Source: Minisyncoccota bacterium (GTDB taxonomy: Bacteria; Patescibacteriota; Minisyncoccia; Phycocordibacterales; UBA9973). Taken from it: a DNA stretch of 64,000 nt. The stretch covers positions 205,402-269,401 of the forward strand of contig JBAZRK010000002.1 in the NCBI GenBank assembly GCA_041663005.1, in the 5' to 3' direction. Position 1 is the stretch's first letter, and each line of letters begins with the position of its first letter. The position numbers and the translations under genes are program-made. Of the stretch, positions 10,687 to 18,390 are shown piece after piece. The notes under the pieces are model-generated. The model ran no database searches. It was given only the letters and a program-made list of their open reading frames with translations, and was not told the DNA's origin.

Positions 10687-10714
10687 TTGACTTTTACTGC
10701 CAATTTGCTACTAT
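10687..10714 (+). promoter_or_regulatory. internal promoter TTGACT-N16-TACTAT upstream of rpsS
   Basis: -35 at 10687-10692 and -10 at 10709-10714. The spacer is almost identical to that of the tuf promoter (CAATTTGCTACTATG). Confidence 0.45.
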
Positions 10715-10820
10715 GAAACCAAGCTCGCTAGGGGGCTATTTTTTATGCCGACGAAGGAGGAGCACGGTGGAAATGTTTATATTTACACAGTGTCCTAATG
10801 ATATCGAGCCAAGATTACTT

Positions 10821-11174
10821 ATGACAAGATCAATAAAGAAAGGATTAAACGTAAATGAAAGGCTACTCAAAAAGATAGCCGGCAAAAACCCGTTGCAAAC
10901 TCCTATGGTTAAGGTCTGGCAGCGTGCTTCGGTTATTTCTCCCGAAATGCTCGGATTTACTTTCGGCGTATACAACGGTAAAACTCACATTGAAGTTTTA
11001 GTTACCGAAGATATGGTGGGGCATCGTTTGGGAGAATTTTCGCCAACCAAGAAATTTATGAAACACGGAGGTAAGATGCAGAAAGAACTCGAAATGAAGA
11101 AGAAAGAAGCCGAAGTCGCACAAGCTAAAGCAGCTACCGCGGTAGCAACGGACGCCAAGGCCGGTAGTAAATAA
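10821..11174 (+). CDS. rpsS: 30S ribosomal protein S19 with a lysine/alanine-rich C-terminal extension
   Basis: Core sequence MTRSIKKGLNVNERLLKK…GKTHIEVLVTEDMVGHRLGEFSPT. The longer track ORF 10713..11174 has no homology upstream of 10821. Confidence 0.8.
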   Translation: MTRSIKKGLNVNERLLKKIAGKNPLQTPMVKVWQRASVISPEMLGFTFGVYNGKTHIEVLVTEDMVGHRLGEFSPTKKFMKHGGKMQKELEMKKKEAEVAQAKAATAVATDAKAGSK

Positions 11175-11180
11175 AATAAT

Positions 11181-11567
11181 ATGAAAGCCTTTTTGAAAAA
11201 TTACAGACAATCCCCACGTAAGGTCCGCTTGGTTGCGAGCCTGGTGAAAGGCAAAGACGTGGCGAACGCTATGGCCCAGCTTGATTTCCTAGCGAAGCGA
11301 GCCAGCACCCCAATCAAGAAACTTCTTATGTCCGCAGTTGCCAATGCCAAGAACCAGGGAGTAGAAGCTGAAAATTTATTTATCAAAGAACTTCGCGTTG
11401 ACAAGGGGATAGTGATGAAGCGAGTAATGCCGGCAGCCATGGGCTCCGCACACCGCATCAACAAAAGGACTAGTCACGTTGAGGTGATTTTAGCCGAAAA
11501 GGTTCTCCCGGTTAAAAAATCAAAAGCAGCAAAAACAGTAAAAGCCAAAAAAGTTAAAGCAAAATAA
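11181..11567 (+). CDS. rplV: 50S ribosomal protein L22
   Basis: L22-like sequence, positioned between S19 and S3. Confidence 0.8.
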   Translation: MKAFLKNYRQSPRKVRLVASLVKGKDVANAMAQLDFLAKRASTPIKKLLMSAVANAKNQGVEAENLFIKELRVDKGIVMKRVMPAAMGSAHRINKRTSHVEVILAEKVLPVKKSKAAKTVKAKKVKAK

Positions 11568-11570
11568 TTT

Positions 11571-12296
11571 ATGAGTAAAATTGTACATCCATACGCACAT
11601 AGATTGACGATACTAAGGGACTGGAAGTCTCGCTGGTTTGCTGATCCGAAAAAATACGTAGCTTACCTTAAAGGGGATGTATTAATTCGTCAGTACTTGG
11701 AAAAGAAACTCCGTGGGATGTATGTATCCTCCATCGAAATAGAACGTAGCCGTAAAGCAACTCGCTTTATCATCAAGACTTCTCGTCCGGGACTTATCAT
11801 AGGACGAAACGGTGAAGGCGCTACTAAACTCAAAGAAGAAATCTTGAAGAAAATGGATCATTTGAAACTTCCACGACCGGAAGACTTCAAGTTGGAAATT
11901 ATGGAAATAGGTAACCCTGAGGCTGATGCTGCAATAGTGGCATATATGATTGCTGAAGGATTGGAGAAAAGAATGCCGTACCGCCGAGTCATCAAGCAAA
12001 CCATTGAAAAGGTTATGAACGCGCACGGAGTAGAAGGAGCGCGTGTGGTGCTGTCCGGACGATTAGGTGGCGCCGAAATTGCCCGTACGGAAGAGCTTAA
12101 GAGGGGATCCATCCCGCTTCAGACTTTCCGCGCGGACATCGATTTCAAGCGTGAACGGGCAACCCTATCTTACGGAGTTGTCGGCATTAAAGTCTGGATT
12201 TACCGCGGTAAAATTTTTGCCGAGAAGAAATCAGCCAAGACCGCTTTCAGTACTGAGCCCAGGAATGAAGGAGAGAATAAAATAAAAACAGATTAA
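11571..12296 (+). CDS. rpsC: 30S ribosomal protein S3
   Basis: KH domain and S3 C-terminal motifs (GRLGGAEIARTE). Confidence 0.9.
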   Translation: MSKIVHPYAHRLTILRDWKSRWFADPKKYVAYLKGDVLIRQYLEKKLRGMYVSSIEIERSRKATRFIIKTSRPGLIIGRNGEGATKLKEEILKKMDHLKLPRPEDFKLEIMEIGNPEADAAIVAYMIAEGLEKRMPYRRVIKQTIEKVMNAHGVEGARVVLSGRLGGAEIARTEELKRGSIPLQTFRADIDFKRERATLSYGVVGIKVWIYRGKIFAEKKSAKTAFSTEPRNEGENKIKTD

Positions 12297-12300
12297 ATTT

Positions 12301-12729
12301 ATGTTGTTACCGAAAAAAGTAAAATTTAGAAAGTGGCAGAGCAACAGGAGCAATCCTAAAAAGATAACTGCAGATACGCGTGGTACCAAGATTGCCTTCG
12401 GCTCTTTCGGTTTGAAATCCGAGTCTGAAGCGCGAGTAAAGTCCACCCAGATTGAGTCCGCTCGAAAAGTTATTTCCCGAACCTTAACCAAATCCGGTAA
12501 ATACTGGGTTCGTATTTTCCCCGACCGACCTTTCACCGCTAAAGCTGCAGAAGTAGGAATGGGGAAAGGTAAAGGAGATCCGCAAGGGTATTGCTTTGAA
12601 GTTTTACCTGGCCGCATACTTTTCGAAGTGGATGGTGCTGAGGAAAGCGTAGCCCGAGAAGCATTACGAAAGGCGGGCTCCAAACTTCCGGTAAAAACCC
12701 GAGTAGTTAGCCGCGGACAGAAACAATAA
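12301..12729 (+). CDS. rplP: 50S ribosomal protein L16
   Basis: MLLPKKVKFRKWQ… is the canonical L16 N-terminus. Confidence 0.9.
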   Translation: MLLPKKVKFRKWQSNRSNPKKITADTRGTKIAFGSFGLKSESEARVKSTQIESARKVISRTLTKSGKYWVRIFPDRPFTAKAAEVGMGKGKGDPQGYCFEVLPGRILFEVDGAEESVAREALRKAGSKLPVKTRVVSRGQKQ

Positions 12730-12730
12730 A

Positions 12731-12934
12731 ATGGCAAAGAAAAAGGAAAATTTAAAAGAAGTAAAGACGGGTGAGCTTGAGAAGAAGCTCCATACCCTAC
12801 AGGAGGAAGAGCGGGGAATTCGTTTCAAAGCGGAAGGAGCTCGTTCCAAGAATGTGAAAGAGCTTTGGAATCTGAAAAAGACAATCGCCAGAATCCTTAC
12901 GGAATTAAATAATAGAACAGGAGAAGAAAAATAA
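12731..12934 (+). CDS. rpmC: 50S ribosomal protein L29
   Basis: 67 aa, helical, positioned between L16 and S17. Confidence 0.75.
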   Translation: MAKKKENLKEVKTGELEKKLHTLQEEERGIRFKAEGARSKNVKELWNLKKTIARILTELNNRTGEEK

Positions 12935-12938
12935 TTAT

Positions 12939-13193
12939 ATGACCAAGAAAGACACAACTAAAGAATCAAAAGGCCGCACGCTCCAAGGTGTAGTGGTTTC
13001 CGACAAAATGGACAAGACTGTTGTGGTTTCAGTTTCCAGATTCGTTAAGCACCCGCTCTATGGTAAGTACTACCAGGTAAGCAAGAAGTATAAAGCTCAC
13101 GACGAGAACAAGAAGTATAAAACCGGCGACAAGGTTCAAATAACGGAGACCAAGCCAATTTCCAAAGACAAGAAATTCAAAGTAGTAGAATAA
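12939..13193 (+). CDS. rpsQ: 30S ribosomal protein S17
   Basis: [16 protein letters not shown]…HDE motif. Confidence 0.85.
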   Translation: MTKKDTTKESKGRTLQGVVVSDKMDKTVVVSVSRFVKHPLYGKYYQVSKKYKAHDENKKYKTGDKVQITETKPISKDKKFKVVE

Positions 13194-13197
13194 TTTT

Positions 13198-13569
13198 ATG
13201 ATACAAAACGAAACATTAGTAAAAATAGCTGACAACGCCGGGGGAACCGTAGGAAAGGTTTTCAAGATTTTAGGTTCTTCCAAGAAGCGTTATGCGAGCT
13301 TGGGCGAGAGAGTAATCATTTCAGTTAAGATTGCGAGCCCACGTAAGGCAGTCAAGAAGAAAGACGTGCTTGAGGCGGTAGTGGTGCGCACCCGCGAGGC
13401 TTACAGACGCAAGGACGGTTCATATATTCGCTTTGACGACAATGCCGTAGTAGTCTTGGAAAAAGGCAAACTAGATCCGAAAGCGGGACGTGTTTTCGGA
13501 CCGATGCCGAGAGAGCTTGCGGAAAAAGGTTATCAGAAAATAATTTCACTAGCCCAGGAAGTCATATAA
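13198..13569 (+). CDS. rplN: 50S ribosomal protein L14
   Basis: MIQNETLVKIADNAGG is the canonical L14 N-terminus. Confidence 0.9.
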   Translation: MIQNETLVKIADNAGGTVGKVFKILGSSKKRYASLGERVIISVKIASPRKAVKKKDVLEAVVVRTREAYRRKDGSYIRFDDNAVVVLEKGKLDPKAGRVFGPMPRELAEKGYQKIISLAQEVI

Positions 13570-13577
13570 CAAAATTA

Positions 13578-13612
13578 GACGTCGGAGATCAAGGGTTTAG
13601 ATGTCCGACGTC
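13578..13612. repeat. palindromic intergenic repeat, family A copy 1 (GACGTCGGAGATC…GATGTCCGACGTC)
   Basis: 13-nt arms at 13578-13590 and 13600-13612 with one mismatch, lying between rplN and rplX. Confidence 0.6.
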
Positions 13613-13623
13613 AGAAAAACAAA

Positions 13624-13842
13624 ATGAAAATCAAGAAAGGCGACAGCGTAATAATAATGGCAGGCAAGGATAAAGGTAAATCCGGTAAAGTTGTGCATGC
13701 CCTACCGAAAAAGAATAAAGTCGTAGTGGAGGGTCTTAATATGACCAAACGACACCAGAGGCCAAGGAAGTCCGGCGAGAAGGGGACAGTTTTAAGTATG
13801 GCTATGCCTATCGATGTGTCTAATGTAAAAAAAGCAAAATAG
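13624..13842 (+). CDS. rplX: 50S ribosomal protein L24 (short form)
   Basis: KOW-like motif MKIKKGDSVIIMAGKDKGK. Confidence 0.8.
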   Translation: MKIKKGDSVIIMAGKDKGKSGKVVHALPKKNKVVVEGLNMTKRHQRPRKSGEKGTVLSMAMPIDVSNVKKAK

Positions 13843-13866
13843 TTCGACGAGCTCACTATAAATAAT
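13843..13866 (+). promoter_or_regulatory. conserved 24-nt intergenic motif, family B copy 1 (GTTCGACGAGCTCACTATAAATAA)
   Basis: Lies immediately after the rplX stop and 11 nt before the rplE ATG; near-identical copies sit at 15172-15196 and 16753-16776. Confidence 0.5.
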
Positions 13867-13877
13867 TCTATATAAGT

Positions 13878-14426
13878 ATGAAGCATTCAACAGTAAAAGA
13901 AAGAGAAATACAGAGTTTTGAAAAAATGAAAGGAGCTTTTCATTATAAAAACTCAATGGCGGCACCACGTTTAGAGAAAGTGGTGGTCAATACCGGCACC
14001 GGCACCGCTATGAAAAAGGATAAAAACAAAAACGAAGCAATAGCTTTGCGATTGTCGAAAATTACCGGACAGAAAGCCTCTCTCCGTGGAGCCAAGCAGT
14101 CAATTTCATCCTTTAAGGTTCGACAGGGAGACCCTATCGGCGCTATGGTGACCCTACGAGGCAAAAGAATGTTTGCCTTCCTTGAGAAGCTCATAAACGT
14201 AGCTCTACCCCGCACGAAGGACTTCCGAGGTATCAAGCGCGGCGCAGTGGACAACATTGGTAACCTAACCATCGGTATCAAAGAACACACAATTTTCCCG
14301 GAAACAGCAGATGAAGATATTCGCGACGTTTTCGGTCTGTCTATCACTCTTGTCTCTACGGCAAAAACAAAAGCTGAAGGTCTCGCTTTCTTCGAAAACT
14401 TGGGCGTGCCTTTCAAGAAGGAATAA
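13878..14426 (+). CDS. rplE: 50S ribosomal protein L5
   Basis: L5-family sequence (…PRLEKVVVNTG…AMVTLRG…); position in the spc cluster. Confidence 0.85.
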   Translation: MKHSTVKEREIQSFEKMKGAFHYKNSMAAPRLEKVVVNTGTGTAMKKDKNKNEAIALRLSKITGQKASLRGAKQSISSFKVRQGDPIGAMVTLRGKRMFAFLEKLINVALPRTKDFRGIKRGAVDNIGNLTIGIKEHTIFPETADEDIRDVFGLSITLVSTAKTKAEGLAFFENLGVPFKKE

Positions 14427-14436
14427 TTTCGTACGT

Positions 14437-14465
14437 TTGACTATTGAGCTTTAATTTGCTAGTAT
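14437..14465 (+). promoter_or_regulatory. internal promoter TTGACT-N17-TAGTAT upstream of the S14 gene
   Basis: Third copy of the TTGACW…AATTTGCTA(C/G)TAT promoter block. Confidence 0.4.
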
Positions 14466-14579
14466 CGGAGTAAGGGAATACCGCTGTGATTAATCCGCTT
14501 TTCTCCTCCGACGCCTTATATTATAAGGGTTCGGAGAAAAAAAGTGAGATATTAACAGAGCGCTCCCGAATAATTATTT

Positions 14580-14765
14580 ATGGCAAAAACATCAGTTATC
14601 GCAAGAAGCAAAAAGAAACCTAAATTTTCAACTCGAGCAAAAAATCGATGTTTTAAGTGTGGGCGCGGGAATGCCTTTATGCGCGATTTTGGAATTTGCC
14701 GAATCTGTTTCAGGGAATTAGCAAATGAAGGAATGCTGCCTGGAGTCAGGAAGTCTTCTTGGTAG
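14580..14765 (+). CDS. rpsZ: 30S ribosomal protein S14, zinc-binding type Z
   Basis: 61 aa with [10 protein letters not shown]…CRICFRE zinc-ribbon cysteines. Confidence 0.85.
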   Translation: MAKTSVIARSKKKPKFSTRAKNRCFKCGRGNAFMRDFGICRICFRELANEGMLPGVRKSSW

Positions 14766-14785
14766 TAGAATAGATCACAAAATAT

Positions 14786-15172
14786 ATGGATTCAATTTCA
14801 AACATGATAATAATAATGAAGAACGCTTCGCTCGCCGGTAAAGAAACCGCGGTTGTTCCTTATTCCAAGTTGAAGGGCGCTATAGGTGACTGTCTCCAGA
14901 AAGCCGGCTATGTCGGTGAAATTTCGAAGAAAGTGAAGAAAGGACACCCGATTATGGAAGTAAAACTTTTGTACGTGGACAAAAAACCCAAAATTGCCGA
15001 AGTTGAAAGAATTTCCAAACAGTCTCGCCGAGTGTATTTCGGTATGAAAGATATTCATACTGTCAGAAACGGTACAGGGCTTTTAGTGCTTTCAACACCA
15101 AAGGGAATTTTATCAGGCAAGGATGCCCGCAAAGAGCAAGTGGGAGGTGAAGCTTTATTTAGAATTTGGTAG
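14786..15172 (+). CDS. rpsH: 30S ribosomal protein S8
   Basis: 128 aa, after S14; S8-like C-terminus (LSTPKGILSGKDARKEQVGGEAL). Confidence 0.85.
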   Translation: MDSISNMIIIMKNASLAGKETAVVPYSKLKGAIGDCLQKAGYVGEISKKVKKGHPIMEVKLLYVDKKPKIAEVERISKQSRRVYFGMKDIHTVRNGTGLLVLSTPKGILSGKDARKEQVGGEALFRIW

Positions 15173-15196
15173 TTCGACAAGCTCACTATAAATAAA
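15172..15196 (+). promoter_or_regulatory. family B intergenic motif copy 2 (GTTCGACAAGCTCACTATAAATAA)
   Basis: Lies between the rpsH stop and rplF start; 23/24 identical to copy 1. Confidence 0.5.
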
Positions 15197-15202
15197 AATT
15201 TT

Positions 15203-15736
15203 ATGTCACGAATAGGAAAACAAGAAATTTTAATACCAGCAGGAATCAAGATCACCAAAAGTGGCAACACTTTGTCAGTGGTGGGCCCGAAGGGGACCCT
15301 GTCGAAAATATTTCGTGATGATATAACAATGGAAGTTACCGACAAGTCTGTGAAGCTTGATATCAAACGCAACGATAAGTTTTCCAAGGCTCTCTGGGGT
15401 ACCTACGCTTCCCACATCAAGAATATGATTAAAGGCGTAACCACTCCGTATCAGAAGAAGCTCGTGCTCGAAGGAGTTGGATTCAAGTCAGAAGTGAAGG
15501 GCAAGGAACTTCATTTGGCGCTTGGCTTTTCTCACCCAGTTGTTGTTAAAATTCCCGAAGGCATTGCTATGAAAGCCGAGAAGAACGTAATTTCCGTAGA
15601 AGGCATTGATAAGGAATTAGTAGGTAGCTTCACTGCTGCCGTACGTGCCTTAAAGAAGCCGGAGCCATATAAGGGTAAGGGTATGCGTTACGAAGACGAA
15701 GTAATACGTCGCAAGCAGGGCAAGAAGACAGTTTAA
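15203..15736 (+). CDS. rplF: 50S ribosomal protein L6
   Basis: MSRIGKQEILIPAGIKIT is the canonical L6 N-terminus. Confidence 0.85.
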   Translation: MSRIGKQEILIPAGIKITKSGNTLSVVGPKGTLSKIFRDDITMEVTDKSVKLDIKRNDKFSKALWGTYASHIKNMIKGVTTPYQKKLVLEGVGFKSEVKGKELHLALGFSHPVVVKIPEGIAMKAEKNVISVEGIDKELVGSFTAAVRALKKPEPYKGKGMRYEDEVIRRKQGKKTV

Positions 15737-15743
15737 AATAACA

Positions 15744-15779
15744 GACGTCGGACATCAAGAATCCCAGATGTCCGACGTC
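15744..15779. repeat. palindromic intergenic repeat, family A copy 2 (perfect 13-bp arms GACGTCGGACATC / GATGTCCGACGTC)
   Basis: Arms at 15744-15756 and 15767-15779, lying between rplF and rplR. Confidence 0.65.
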
Positions 15780-15793
15780 AAGAAGACAAACAC

Positions 15794-16135
15794 ATGCAAA
15801 CAAAAACAGACAAAAGAATCAGACTTAAGAAAAAAATCAGAACTAAAATCCGCGGTTCGGCCGAGCGCCCACGCCTGTCTGTTTTCCGTTCCAACAAATT
15901 TATTTACGCGCAAGTCATTGATGACACAGTAGGGAAGACTTTGGTTTCTGCCAGCGATGTTAAGGTTGCCAAAGGTACCAAGATTGAACGAGCCAAGGAA
16001 GTAGGGAAGGCCATCGCGCTTGAATGCGGTAAGGCAAAGATTAAAAAAGTTGTCTTTGACCGCAATGGATTCAAGTACACCGGCCGAATTAAATTAGTCG
16101 CCGATGTTGCCAGAGAAGGCGGATTGGAATTTTAA
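15794..16135 (+). CDS. rplR: 50S ribosomal protein L18
   Basis: [35 protein letters not shown] is the canonical L18 N-terminus. Confidence 0.85.
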   Translation: MQTKTDKRIRLKKKIRTKIRGSAERPRLSVFRSNKFIYAQVIDDTVGKTLVSASDVKVAKGTKIERAKEVGKAIALECGKAKIKKVVFDRNGFKYTGRIKLVADVAREGGLEF

Positions 16136-16186
16136 AAGCGTCGCGCTTTAATGGACGATTGCGCGACATGATTTCGTAAAATCAAT

Positions 16187-16750
16187 ATGGAAAAAAGAAA
16201 CGAAAAAAAAGGTAGCGGGCGCAGAGGGGGATCGTCATTCGGACGCCCTAAGCCTGAGTTCGACCAGAAAATCATAGACATTAGGCGCGTGACTCGTGTG
16301 GTTGCCGGAGGACGCCGATTTTCTTTCTCCGTGGCGTTGGTTGCCGGAGACAAAAAAGGGAATGTTGGATTGGGATTAGGAAAGGCAGGAGACACAGCCC
16401 TCGCCATCAACAAAGCCCTCCGCAATGCCAAGAAAAATATGGTTAAACTTCACCTGACTAAAACTATGTCTATTCCGCACGAACTTTCTGCTAAATTCTC
16501 AAGCTCGAAAGTGGCGCTCTATCCTAACAAGGGACGTGGCTTGGTGGCTGGATCAGTAATTCGTGATATCGTAAACCTCTCCGGAGCGAAAGACATAACC
16601 GGCAAGATTCTCTCTCGCAGTACAAATAAATTAAACAACGCTAAGGCCGTAATGGAAGCATTCAAAGGAATTTCTTCACGATACACTAAAGCTGCACCGG
16701 AAGTTTCAGCCACAGTCGTTGTTGCCAATAAAGAAGTACCAGTAGAATAA
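16187..16750 (+). CDS. rpsE: 30S ribosomal protein S5
   Basis: S5 dsRBD and C-terminal domain (RVTRVVAGGRRFSFSVALVAGDKKGNVGLGLGKA). Confidence 0.9.
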   Translation: MEKRNEKKGSGRRGGSSFGRPKPEFDQKIIDIRRVTRVVAGGRRFSFSVALVAGDKKGNVGLGLGKAGDTALAINKALRNAKKNMVKLHLTKTMSIPHELSAKFSSSKVALYPNKGRGLVAGSVIRDIVNLSGAKDITGKILSRSTNKLNNAKAVMEAFKGISSRYTKAAPEVSATVVVANKEVPVE

Positions 16751-16752
16751 TG

Positions 16753-16776
16753 GTTCGACAAGCTCACCATAAATAA
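16753..16776 (+). promoter_or_regulatory. family B intergenic motif copy 3 (GTTCGACAAGCTCACCATAAATAA)
   Basis: Lies between the rpsE stop and the L15 start. There is no L30 gene between S5 and L15. Confidence 0.5.
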
Positions 16777-16777
16777 T

Positions 16778-17089
16778 ATGCAAATACATAATCTAAAAAG
16801 AATACATAAGAACAAGAAAGATCGGCTAGTGGGCCGCGGGGGGAAGCACGCTAAGACTTCCGGTCGCGGAGGCAAGGGGCAGACTGCCCGCGCCGGTAAC
16901 AAGCGCCGACCCGAACTTCGAGATATAATTAAGAAGTTGCCAAAGAATCGCGGTTACCAATTCAAATCTATCCAAAAGATGGTGCTCGTAGCGAAAGATA
17001 AAACCATCTCGAGCGGCACTAAGAAGGAGACCTTTAAAGAGATACGAAAGCGACTAGGGATTAAGGGCGGGAAGATTAAAGTTAAGTAA
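16778..17089 (+). CDS. rplO: 50S ribosomal protein L15 (short, 103 aa)
   Basis: Gly/Arg/Lys-rich L15-like N-terminus (GRGGKHAKTSGRGGKGQTARAG), positioned just before secY. Confidence 0.7.
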   Translation: MQIHNLKRIHKNKKDRLVGRGGKHAKTSGRGGKGQTARAGNKRRPELRDIIKKLPKNRGYQFKSIQKMVLVAKDKTISSGTKKETFKEIRKRLGIKGGKIKVK

Positions 17090-17118
17090 ACTCTCGACTG
17101 GAAAAGTCGGAAACAAAA

Positions 17119-18390
17119 ATGGAAAATTTCTGGAACAAAATAAAACTGATATGGACAGACTCCAGCTTGCGAAATCGGATTTTTTTTGTGCTCTTTGCCC
17201 TAATCGTCTTCCGACTGCTTGCTGCTATTCCTATTCCAGGGATTGACCAGACGGCGCTTGAGCGTTTCCTTTCCAACAACCAATTCTTTGGCATCCTAAA
17301 CATTTTCTCTGGCGGTGGATTGTCCAACCTTTCTATCATAATGTTGGGCGTTGGTCCTTACATCACTAGCTCTATTATTATGCAGCTCCTTACCTTGATG
17401 GTTCCCGCCTTGAAGCGCCTTTATCACGAAGAAGGGGAAGCAGGTAGGAAAAAGTTTTCTCAGTGGAGCCGATTGATTACTGTTCCCTTGGCCGCAGTGC
17501 AGGGCTTCAGCTTGTTGTTCCTTTTGGAACAGCAAAATATTATTTTCCACCTCAATGCTTTCGACCGAATGACAAATTTGTTTATTGTCGTTGCGGGCTC
17601 TATCCTCCTTATGTGGATAGGGGAGCTCGTTACTGAGTTTGGAATTGGTAACGGAGTTTCTTTAATAATTTTCGCTGGTATCGTCTCACGTCTTCCGACC
17701 GTAGTTGGCGAGCTTGCCTTTCAATTTGATGCTTCCCAGATACCGCTTTACCTCGGGTTTGCTGTTGCTGGTCTTCTAGTCATCGCGGGTATCGTGGTGG
17801 TTACGGAAGCGGAGAGGCCAATTCCAGTTACTTATGCTAAACGTGTCCGCGGAGCGAAAATGTATGGTGGTGGGTCTACATACTTGCCTTTGCGTGTTAA
17901 CCAAGCCGGAGTAATTCCAATAATCTTTGCACTCTCCATCCTCCTCTTCCCTCAGATGATAGGAACTTTCTTGGCGCGTTTTACTAATCCAATTTTACTG
18001 AAAATTTCTGCTGTTCTTTCCGCATTCTCGAACACGAGCGTGCTCTACGCAGTGCTCTACTTTATGTTTGTATTTATGTTCACTTATTTCTATACCGCCG
18101 TTACTTTCGATCCGGAAGCTTTGTCCGAGAATTTACAAAAAAATGGCGCCTTTATTCCAGGTATTCGCCCAGGACCATCTACTTCAGAATATATTTCTAA
18201 GGTTCTTACCCGCATCACCCTCCTCGGGGCCGTATTCCTTGGAGTCATCGCCGTACTTCCAATAATTATGCAGCGAATGACTGGCATCGCCTCACTCGCC
18301 ATCGGGGGAACCTCGGTTCTTATCGTTGTCTCAGTAGTTCTAGACTTACTCAAAAAAGTCGATGCTCAAGTCTCAATGCGAGAGTACTAA
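17119..18390 (+). CDS. secY: preprotein translocase subunit SecY
   Basis: 10-TM profile, SecY plug/hinge motifs, position after rplO. Confidence 0.9.
   Translation: MENFWNKIKLIWTDSSLRNRIFFVLFALIVFRLLAAIPIPGIDQTALERFLSNNQFFGILNIFSGGGLSNLSIIMLGVGPYITSSIIMQLLTLMVPALKRLYHEEGEAGRKKFSQWSRLITVPLAAVQGFSLLFLLEQQNIIFHLNAFDRMTNLFIVVAGSILLMWIGELVTEFGIGNGVSLIIFAGIVSRLPTVVGELAFQFDASQIPLYLGFAVAGLLVIAGIVVVTEAERPIPVTYAKRVRGAKMYGGGSTYLPLRVNQAGVIPIIFALSILLFPQMIGTFLARFTNPILLKISAVLSAFSNTSVLYAVLYFMFVFMFTYFYTAVTFDPEALSENLQKNGAFIPGIRPGPSTSEYISKVLTRITLLGAVFLGVIAVLPIIMQRMTGIASLAIGGTSVLIVVSVVLDLLKKVDAQVSMREY

Noticed and set aside
10713-10820. Upstream extension of the S19 ORF (MKPSSLGGYFLCRRRRSTVEMF…)
   Set aside because: It has no similarity to S19 and overlaps the putative internal promoter. 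Canonical S19 sequence begins at MTRSIKKG (10821).
12231-12737. 168-aa minus-strand ORF overlapping rplP
   Set aside because: It is antisense to the highly conserved L16 and so a shadow ORF. The same applies to the other minus-strand ORFs listed within fusA, tuf, L3, L5, ftsH and the RNR.
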